DNA of 64,000 nt from Candidatus Krumholzibacteriia bacterium (lineage in GTDB: Bacteria > Krumholzibacteriota > Krumholzibacteriia > LZORAL124-64-63). The stretch is taken from positions 482,500-546,499 of the forward strand of contig JAWKQQ010000005.1 of NCBI GenBank assembly GCA_041390065.1. Direction: 5' to 3'. This document shows, one piece after another, positions 17,688 to 25,312 of this stretch (position 1 is its first letter; each line of letters begins with the position of its first letter). Position numbers and translations under genes: made by a program. The notes under the pieces were generated by a model. The model was not told the origin of the DNA. It ran no database searches and worked only from the letters and a program-made list of their open reading frames with translations.

Positions 17688-18499
17688 GCCGCGACGATCT
17701 GCAGCGCAACCCCGACGAGCAAAGGGCCCTCGACGCCCTCAGGGGCCTCGGTACGCCCCGGCCGTCCAACGCGGCCCGCGCGCGGGCCCGGGCGGCCTTC
17801 CTGGCCGCGCCAGGGGTCGAGACGCCGGCACCGGCGCCGGTCGGTCAAGCCCCGGCGGCCAGGCCGCGGCGCGCCAACTGGCTCGTGCCGGTGGCCGCGG
17901 CCGCGGTGCTCGCGATGGCGGTGTTCGGGATCGTCGAGTACGCCAACGGCCCCCGCGCCACCTGGCGGGTGACCGACGTGGTCGAGCCCGGCGGGCTCAT
18001 CGGCGCGCCCACCGAGGGTTTCGTCACCGAGTACGGCCGCATCACGACCGGACCGGAGACCGAGCTCGAGCTGCAGCTCGGCGGCCAGTTCCGCCTGCGC
18101 CTGCGGCCCGGCACGGAGATGGAGCTGCCGGCGCCGCCGCGCCGCTGGCAGCCCCGCGAGATGGTGCTCACCCTGCTCGGCGGCGAGGTCTACGGCATCG
18201 CCAAGGATCTCGACGCGCCACTGCGCGTGGTGGCCCGCAACTCCGAGACGCTGGTGCGCGGCACCACGTTCGCGGTCTTCCAGACGCCCGAGGCGAGCTG
18301 CACCTGCCTGTGGGAAGGCTCGGTCGAGATCACCGGCCGCACCAGCGGCGAGGTGTTCACGCTGGACGCGGGCAAGCGCTACCTGGTGTACAACGACGGC
18401 ACCGCGTCGGGCCCCCAGCCGCTGGACGCCGGCGAGGTCATGAAGCTGCAGATGCTGCACGACGCCGGCTTGCTTCCCGATCCCGCCGACAAGCGCTAG
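17684..18499 (+). CDS. FecR-like anti-sigma factor
   Basis: ATGA overlap with the sigma gene. One TM (WLVPVAAAAVLAMAVFGIV). FecR-like beta domain (ELELQLGG.FRLRLRPGTEMEL...LLGGEVY...RGTTFAV...EGSVEI). Confidence 0.8.
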   Translation: MSRDDLQRNPDEQRALDALRGLGTPRPSNAARARARAAFLAAPGVETPAPAPVGQAPAARPRRANWLVPVAAAAVLAMAVFGIVEYANGPRATWRVTDVVEPGGLIGAPTEGFVTEYGRITTGPETELELQLGGQFRLRLRPGTEMELPAPPRRWQPREMVLTLLGGEVYGIAKDLDAPLRVVARNSETLVRGTTFAVFQTPEASCTCLWEGSVEITGRTSGEVFTLDAGKRYLVYNDGTASGPQPLDAGEVMKLQMLHDAGLLPDPADKR

Positions 18500-19580
18500 C
18501 GGTCCCCGTCGGCGGCGGGTTCGCGCCTGGCGATGACCTCGGCCAGATACCGCCCCAGCACCGCGTGCGCATCCTGGTTCCAGTGTCCGTGCTGGCCGCT
18601 GATGGGCCAGAACCAGGGGTCGCGGCCGGCCGCCAGCTCGGCCCGCCACACCGGACCGAGGTCGATGGTCTCCAGGCCGCTCGCGAGCACGCTGTCGCGC
18701 CAGGCGGGCCGGATGTCCCACTCGAGCACCGCCGCGCACCGGCCGCGCCGACGCAGATCGCGCAGGATGGCCATGGTCACCGGCGGCAGCAGGGCGCCGG
18801 CGCCAGCCGCACCGCGTCGGGCAGGGCCCGGAACCTCGCCCAGGACGACGGCCTCGGTGTCCGCGTGCGCCTGCGGCTGAACTTGCCCAGCAGCAGCGTC
18901 CGCCACTGGCCCGTGTCGATCACCTTCAGCAGGTTGAAGCCCATGCGTGGCAGCGCCAGGTGGGTGAGCAGCGGCTCCAGGCGCAGGTAGGTCCGGCGCT
19001 TGGCGCTGGTGCGGAAATCGTCGTTGGTGCGCAGCTCGCCGTCCACCAGCTCGGTGTAGGGGTACATCTGCGGGTCGGCGGGGTAGGCGGGCGCGAGGTC
19101 GCCGTCGGCGAGGAAGAAGAGGGCGAGGTCCGGGTTCCAGCGGCTGGCGAAGTCGACGTAGTGCTGGTGCATGTTCCAGAGGCAGTAGTCGGCGCGCGCG
19201 AAGTTGAGCACCTCGACGGGGCGGCCCAGGCGGCGGCCCAGCTCGCGCGCCAGGACGGTCTTGAAGTGGTGCCGCTCGAACACCGTGTGGCCGAGGACGA
19301 AGCTGTCGCCCAGCAGGAGCACCCGATAGGTGCCGGCCTCGCGCTCGGGCGGAGCGCCGGCGCCGAGGTAGCCCCATGCGTTGGCGCCGCCGAGGAAGAA
19401 CCCCTCGCTGAAGCGGCTGAAGCGCACGCCGGGACGGTAGACGGGGCCCAGGTCCGGATCGGCGCGGTTCTCCAGGGGCGTCGCGATCTCCGCCAGTTGC
19501 AGCCAGCCGTCGAGCACGAGCAGGCCGACCACCAGCGTCGCCAGGAACACCGCCATGCCGAGCAACCGTCGCACCTGCAC
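18496..19580 (-). pseudogene. SGNH/AlgJ-like O-acyl-transfer partner of the MBOAT, split or frameshifted
   Basis: The N-terminal ORF (19580 to 18777) has a TM anchor and YRVLLLGDSFVLGH (GDS block). The C-terminal part (HGHWNQDAH block) is in another frame, ending at 18496. The frame break lies between about 18775 and 18890. An ATG at 18774 sits 2 nt after the first stop, so a natural split is possible. Confidence 0.6.
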
Positions 19581-19583
19581 CCC

Positions 19584-21014
19584 CTAGAACTGGAAGTAGA
19601 CGAAGGGCATGGGTTCGGTGGTGGCCATGTAGAGCACCACCAGGATCGTCGCCGCCACGCCGAGGCCGCCGGCCACCGGCCGCGGCAGGCGCAGCGGCCA
19701 GACGTGGCTGCGGAAGCCGTACTCCAGACCGTCGAGCAGCATCAGGATCGCCAGGAAACTCAGGGTGATGCCCGCGAACCGCGGCCCCAGCGCGCTGCCC
19801 TGCCAGTGGACGAACGCGGTGAGAAAGTCCCAGGCCTGGTCGAAGTTCCGGGCGCGGAAGAAGAGCCAGGTGAGCAGCACCAGCAGGTTGGTGCCGGCCA
19901 CGGCGGCGAGCCAGCGGACGAGGCTTCCGGGCCCCTGCCAGGTGAAGCGGTCGGCGATCTTGCGCTCGCCCAGCAGCATCTTGTGCACGGCCAGGTAGAG
20001 CCCGTGCAGGCCGCCCCAGACCACGAAGGTCCAGGCCGCGCCGTGCCAGAGACCGCCCAGCAGCATGGTGGCCATGAGGTTGACGTAGGTGCGCCGGTGG
20101 CCGCGCCGGTTGCCGCCGAGGGCGATGTAGAGGTAGTCGCGCAGCCAGCTCGACAGGGAGATGTGCCACCGCCGCCAGAACTCGGTGATGTTGGCCGACA
20201 GGTACGGCTGCTCGAAGTTCTTCATCAGCTCCACGCCCAGGAGCTTGGCGAGGCCGCGGGCGATGTTCGAGTAGCCGGAGAAATCGGCGTAGATCTGGAT
20301 GGCGAACAGCACCAGGGCGGCCAGCAGCTCGGGCGACGCGTAGAGGTCGTGGCGGCCGAACACCTGGTCGACGATGCGGCCGGCGGCGTCGCCGATGAGC
20401 ACCTTCTTGAAGTAGCCGATCACCAGCAGGGTGAGGCCCTCGCGGACCTGGGTGCGCGTGGGCCGGCCGAGCCGGGCGATCTGCGGCAGCAGGTTGCGGG
20501 CGCGCTCGATGGGACCGGCCACCAGCTGGGGGAAGAAGCTGACGAAGAGCGCGAAGTCCACGAGCGATTCGGTCGGTTCCAGGCGCCGCCGATAGATGTC
20601 GATGGTGTAGCTCATGGTCTGGAACGTGTAGAACGAGATGCCCACGGGCAGGATGATGTTCAGGTGCAGGAAGTCGACCGTCCAGCCCAGGTGCGCCGCC
20701 GTCTCCTGCACGCTGCCGATGAAGAAGTTGAAATACTTGAACACCGCGAGGATGCCGAGGTTCACCACGCAGCTCAGCCAGAGCAGCCGCCGGCGGCGGT
20801 CGGCGTCGGCGGCCGCATGGACGGCCCGGCCGACGTAGAAGTCGACCAGGGTCGACAGCAGGAGCAGCGAGCAGAAGCGCCAGTCCCAGTAGCCGTAGAA
20901 CACGTAGCTGGCGGTCAGCAGCCAGAGCGCACGCGTCCGCTGGCTGCGCAGCCCGTAGTACACGGGCAGCACGACGGCCAGGAAGAGCACGAAGACGAAC
21001 GAGTTGAAGAACAT
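19584..21014 (-). CDS. MBOAT-family membrane O-acyltransferase (AlgI/DltB-like)
   Basis: ISFYTFQTMSYTIDIY, FFPQLVAGPI, EFWRRWHISLSSWLRDYLYIALGGN, GLWHGA (the conserved MBOAT His). Confidence 0.9.
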   Translation of the reverse strand: MFFNSFVFVLFLAVVLPVYYGLRSQRTRALWLLTASYVFYGYWDWRFCSLLLLSTLVDFYVGRAVHAAADADRRRRLLWLSCVVNLGILAVFKYFNFFIGSVQETAAHLGWTVDFLHLNIILPVGISFYTFQTMSYTIDIYRRRLEPTESLVDFALFVSFFPQLVAGPIERARNLLPQIARLGRPTRTQVREGLTLLVIGYFKKVLIGDAAGRIVDQVFGRHDLYASPELLAALVLFAIQIYADFSGYSNIARGLAKLLGVELMKNFEQPYLSANITEFWRRWHISLSSWLRDYLYIALGGNRRGHRRTYVNLMATMLLGGLWHGAAWTFVVWGGLHGLYLAVHKMLLGERKIADRFTWQGPGSLVRWLAAVAGTNLLVLLTWLFFRARNFDQAWDFLTAFVHWQGSALGPRFAGITLSFLAILMLLDGLEYGFRSHVWPLRLPRPVAGGLGVAATILVVLYMATTEPMPFVYFQF

Positions 21015-21016
21015 GT

Positions 21017-23665
21017 CTAGTCGACGACCACCGTCACCAGGGGCAGCTCGCTGAAGAACGACGCGACCCGCCGTAGATCGGCCAGGGTGACGCCGTCATA
21101 AGCGTCGAGTCCATGGCGATAGGCGTCGAGGCCGCCGGTGTCGAGCTCGGACATGGCCAGGTAGTAGGCGCGGCTGATGCTGTCGAGCCGGCGCATGAGC
21201 AGACGCCCCTGGCGGGCGCTGCGGGCCTTGTCCAGCTCGTCCTGGGTGATGCTCGCGGCGTCGAAGGCGCGCAGGTCGCCGTTCAGGGCCTCCTCGGCCT
21301 CGGCGAGGCGTGCGCGGGGCGGGCTCACCCAGGCGGTGAACACCCCGCGATCGGCGGCGGCCAGTTCGAACGCAGCCCCCACGCTGTAGCCCAGGCCGCG
21401 GGTCTCGCGCAGGTCCATCTGCAGGCGATCCGAGAGCACGTCCACGAGCAGCTCGAGGGCGGGCTCGTCGGCGGCGGCCACGCGACGCACCGCCCCCACG
21501 CGCACCGCGCCCAGCGACCCGCCGAGGCTGGCCGTCAGCCGCAGCGGCGCCGTGGTCAGCGGCAACGGGGGCAGCGCTTCCGGCTGACCGCCGGCCGTGG
21601 GCAGGCCGGACAGCAGCCTCGCCACCTCGTCGTGCGCCAGCGGCGACACCACCGCGATGATGAGGTTCTCGGGCTGGAACGCCCGGCGGTAGAGGCTCCG
21701 TAGGTCGTCGAAACCGACGGCGGCCACCGAGGCCGTCGTGCCCTCGGGCTCCTGGGCCAGCGGATGGTCCCCGTACAGGCCCTCGCGCAGGAGCTGCTGG
21801 GAGCGGGCGGTGGCGCTCGTCTCGCGGCGGGCGAGCAGGCGCTCCTGGTCGCGGCGCTCACGCTCGAGGTCCTCGGCGGTGAACGTGCTGTACTGCACCA
21901 GCTCGACCAGCAGGGCCAGCGCCTCCGGAGCGTCCTCGGCCGGACACTCCAGGCGCAGGAAGCTGTAGCGGCCGGTGGTGTAGTAGTCGTCCATCGGGAA
22001 GCGCGGGTCGTCCACCAGCTTGATCTCGGCGCCGATCGCGCCCAGTCGGCGGGCCAGGCAGGCGGCGTCGCAGCCGGCCACCCCGGTGGTCAGCAGGCGG
22101 TGCACGAGGTTCAGGGCGCCGGGTTCGCCGGCGCGCTGATCCAGGCCGGCGCGGTCGCGCACCGTCAGGTGCACGGCCAGCAGCTCGCTGTAAGGGTCGG
22201 TCTGGGTGACCAGGACCGCGCCTCCCGGCAAGACCGAGCGGTCGAGGCGGGCCGCGTCCAGCGGGGCGATCCCGGTGTCGGCGGCCTCGGGCTCGACGAG
22301 CAGGGCGAGGCAGGGCTGGTCGACGAGCCAGGTGCGCAGCGCCGCCGCCGCCGACTCGGGCGTGACGGCCCGGATGCGGTCGAGGTGGCCGAGCAACGCG
22401 TCGGGCCCGCCGAGCACCAGGGGCTCGGCGATGTAGATGCCGGTCATGCGCAGCTGCTCGCGCTGCTTGAGGGTGGCGGTGCGCTCGCCGGCCACCGCGG
22501 CACGGAGGTCGTCGGCCGGCAGGCCGGCGTCGAGGGCGCCGGCCAGGGCGTTCTGCACCAGGCCGTAGAGCTGGTCCGGATCGCTGGTGGGGGTGAGCGT
22601 GAACTCGAGCACGTAGCGCGCGAAACCCGGCGCCGCCTGCCACCACGCGGCCAGCGACGGGCGGTCGGCCTCGGGCAGATCCTCGAGCGCCCGGGTGAGG
22701 ATGCCGCTGCCGTCGGCGGTCAGAAGCTGGGTGGCGAGCTGGAACGCAGCCTCGTCGGATTCGCCCCGGGCGGGCGCCGCGAACACCAGGGCCGCCATGC
22801 GCTGGCCGCCGCCACGCCGGCTGAGCGTCTCGGTGCGCACCAGCGGCCGCGCCGGAGTCAGGTCCGCCACGGGCACCGAGCGGGGCGCCACCTCCCCATA
22901 GTACTCCTGCAGCCAGGTGAGCGTCTGGTCGCGGTCGAAACGGCCGGCCACGGTCAGGATCATGTTGTTGGGCACGTACCAGGCCTTGTAGAAGGCGTAG
23001 GTCGCGTCGCGATCGAGGGCGGCGATGGTGGCCGAGGTCCCGAGCGTGGGCAAGGCCAGGCTGCTGCCGCCGTACATGGCCTGGCGCAGGGTTTCCTCGA
23101 AGTACGGATCGCCGCGGTCGCGGCTCATCGCGAGCTCGCCCAGGACGATGTCCTGCTCCTTGGCGAACTTCTCCTGAGGCAGCAGGGAGTGGAACAGCAT
23201 CTGCGACTGCAGCTCGAGCCCCTGCTCGAGCTGCTCGGCGGGCAGCACCATCATGAAGTCGGTGTAGAAGTCGGTGGTATGGGCGTTGTTGTAGGCTCCC
23301 AGGCGATCGGCCGCGGCGTAGAGCTCGTCCTGGGTGTACCGGTCGGTGCCGTTGAACAGCAGGTGCTCGAGCATGTGGCTCATGCCGCTGGTCGCGAAGT
23401 CCTCCCACGCCGAGCCGACCTTGACCTGGGTGTAGACGCCCACCATGGGCTGCGACGGATTCGGCAGCAGCACCACTTCGAGGCCGTTCTCCAGGCGCAG
23501 GACCTCCGCCCCCACCGGCGGCGCGGTGAAGACCGGCTGCCGTTCGGCCCGCGCGGCCGTGGCCGCCGCCTCGGCCTCGATGGCGTCGAGCTGCCGGAGC
23601 ACCTGGCCCGGGGCCGCCGCCGCCAGGACCAGGAGCGCCAGGAGGGTCGCTGCGATGCGCTGCAT
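21017..23665 (-). CDS. M16-family zinc peptidase (double insulinase-like module), secreted
   Basis: HMLEHLLFNGT (HxxEH), signal peptide, two M16 halves in 882 aa. Only 2 nt separate its stop from the MBOAT start. Confidence 0.9.
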   Translation of the reverse strand: MQRIAATLLALLVLAAAAPGQVLRQLDAIEAEAAATAARAERQPVFTAPPVGAEVLRLENGLEVVLLPNPSQPMVGVYTQVKVGSAWEDFATSGMSHMLEHLLFNGTDRYTQDELYAAADRLGAYNNAHTTDFYTDFMMVLPAEQLEQGLELQSQMLFHSLLPQEKFAKEQDIVLGELAMSRDRGDPYFEETLRQAMYGGSSLALPTLGTSATIAALDRDATYAFYKAWYVPNNMILTVAGRFDRDQTLTWLQEYYGEVAPRSVPVADLTPARPLVRTETLSRRGGGQRMAALVFAAPARGESDEAAFQLATQLLTADGSGILTRALEDLPEADRPSLAAWWQAAPGFARYVLEFTLTPTSDPDQLYGLVQNALAGALDAGLPADDLRAAVAGERTATLKQREQLRMTGIYIAEPLVLGGPDALLGHLDRIRAVTPESAAAALRTWLVDQPCLALLVEPEAADTGIAPLDAARLDRSVLPGGAVLVTQTDPYSELLAVHLTVRDRAGLDQRAGEPGALNLVHRLLTTGVAGCDAACLARRLGAIGAEIKLVDDPRFPMDDYYTTGRYSFLRLECPAEDAPEALALLVELVQYSTFTAEDLERERRDQERLLARRETSATARSQQLLREGLYGDHPLAQEPEGTTASVAAVGFDDLRSLYRRAFQPENLIIAVVSPLAHDEVARLLSGLPTAGGQPEALPPLPLTTAPLRLTASLGGSLGAVRVGAVRRVAAADEPALELLVDVLSDRLQMDLRETRGLGYSVGAAFELAAADRGVFTAWVSPPRARLAEAEEALNGDLRAFDAASITQDELDKARSARQGRLLMRRLDSISRAYYLAMSELDTGGLDAYRHGLDAYDGVTLADLRRVASFFSELPLVTVVVD

Positions 23666-23671
23666 GGTGGC

Positions 23672-24445
23672 CTAGCCTTCCCGCACGGCCTCGGCCGCGT
23701 CGATGATGCCCACGAAATCATCTGCCTTGAGCGACGCGCCGCCGATCAGGCCGCCGTCGACGTCGGGCAGGGCGAAGAGTTCCTGCGCATTGCCGGGCTT
23801 GCAGCTGCCGCCGTAGAGGATGCGCACCCGGGCGGCGAAGTCGTCGCCGAGCAGGGCGGCCACCTCGGCGCGGCTGACGGCGTGCATCTGCTGGGCGATC
23901 GCCGGCGTGGCCGTCTCCCCCGTACCGATGGCCCAGACCGGCTCGTAGGCCAGGACCAGGTTCGCGGGCGCGGCGTCCTTCAGGTGCGGCAGCACGCCGG
24001 CGAGCTGGGCCTTGACCACCGACTCGGCCCGTCCGGCCTGACGCTCCTCCAGCAGCTCGCCGAAGCAGAAGATGGCCACCAGGCCGGCGGCGTGGACGCG
24101 GTCGATCTTGGCGACGAACAGCGCATCGGTCTCCTTCTGGTACTGCCGACGTTCGCTGTGGGCGACGATCACGTGGCTGCAACCCGCCTCGCGGAGCAGG
24201 CCGGCCGACACCTGGCCCGTGTAGGCGCCGGCGTCCTGATCGCTGCAGTCCTGGGCGCCGACGAGCACCGGCTCGCCCCTGGCCACGGTGGCCACGGCCG
24301 GGATCGTGACGTAGGGCGGGCAGCAGAGCACGTCGCCACCGAGATCGCGGCCGGCGAGGCGGTCCTGCACCGCGGCGGCCAGCGTGCGGCCGGCCTGCGG
24401 CCCGAGGTTCAGTTTCCAGTTCCCGGCGACCATGTAACGACGCAT
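23672..24445 (-). CDS. tpiA: triosephosphate isomerase
   Basis: MVAGNWKLN, VAHSERR, YEPVWAIGTG, YGGS. ATG 24445 follows GAGGAG. Confidence 0.9.
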   Translation of the reverse strand: MRRYMVAGNWKLNLGPQAGRTLAAAVQDRLAGRDLGGDVLCCPPYVTIPAVATVARGEPVLVGAQDCSDQDAGAYTGQVSAGLLREAGCSHVIVAHSERRQYQKETDALFVAKIDRVHAAGLVAIFCFGELLEERQAGRAESVVKAQLAGVLPHLKDAAPANLVLAYEPVWAIGTGETATPAIAQQMHAVSRAEVAALLGDDFAARVRILYGGSCKPGNAQELFALPDVDGGLIGGASLKADDFVGIIDAAEAVREG

Positions 24446-24569
24446 GACGGCGCTCCTCTGACGGGTCTCGCGATGGCGGTTCGAACCGCGAGAATATGCC
24501 ACCACGGACCGCGGATGTCCACATTGCCCCCCGGGATGAAGCTGGCGCGGCCGTGGGCGAGCGTCCATA

Positions 24570-24959
24570 ATGCGGAGCATGACGACCCAGAACCTCATCC
24601 TCATGGCCCTCGCCGGCGGCGCGGGAGCGGTGTGCCGCTACGGCCTCGGCGGCGCGGTCCAGCGGCTGGCCGGCGAGCGCTTCCCGGCCGGCACCATGGT
24701 GGTCAACCTGCTCGGCTGCCTGCTGTTCGGGCTGGTCTGGGGCTGGCTCGAGGGCCGGGCGGGCTTCTCGCCGCAGACCCGGGTGGTGGTGCTCACGGGA
24801 TTCATGGGCGCGTTCACCACGTTCAGCACCTTCGCGTTCGAGACGGCCGGCCTGTTGCAGGGCGGACAGTGGCTGGCGGCGATCCTCAACGTCGGCGTGC
24901 AGGCCACCGTCGGAGTCGTGCTCGTGCTGGTGGGAATGGCGCTGGGACAGAACCTCTGA
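24570..24959 (+). CDS. crcB: fluoride ion channel CrcB/FluC
   Basis: 129 aa with 4 TM. GAVCRY, MVVNLLGCLLFG, GFMGAFTTFSTF motifs. Confidence 0.9.
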   Translation: MRSMTTQNLILMALAGGAGAVCRYGLGGAVQRLAGERFPAGTMVVNLLGCLLFGLVWGWLEGRAGFSPQTRVVVLTGFMGAFTTFSTFAFETAGLLQGGQWLAAILNVGVQATVGVVLVLVGMALGQNL

Positions 24960-24970
24960 GGAGGCTGGCG

Positions 24971-25312
24971 ATGGCACACCGACGGCTGCGCGTGTACGTG
25001 GGCGAACGCGACAAGGACGCCCGGGGCCACATCCTGCACGAGACCATCCTGCACGAGGCTCACCGCCAGGGCCTGGCCGGCGCCATCGTCATCCGCGGGT
25101 TCGCGGGCTTCGGCGCCCGCTCGCGGGTGCACACGGCCAAGATCCTGCGGCTGAGCGAGGACCTGCCCGTGGTCATCGAGATCGTCGACGCGGCCGCGAA
25201 GATCGCCGGCTTCCTGCCGTGGGTGCGGGACGTGGTACGGCAGGGACTGGTGACGGTGGAGGAGGTCACGGTCATCGCGGCCGAGGGCGCCGGCGACATC
25301 GACCTCACCTGA
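24971..25312 (+). CDS. DUF190 (UPF0166) PII-like protein
   Basis: LRVYVGERDK...LHEAHRQGLAGAIVIRGFAGFG...LSEDLPVVIEIVD. GGAGG RBS. This family is typically adjacent to crcB. Confidence 0.85.
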   Translation: MAHRRLRVYVGERDKDARGHILHETILHEAHRQGLAGAIVIRGFAGFGARSRVHTAKILRLSEDLPVVIEIVDAAAKIAGFLPWVRDVVRQGLVTVEEVTVIAAEGAGDIDLT

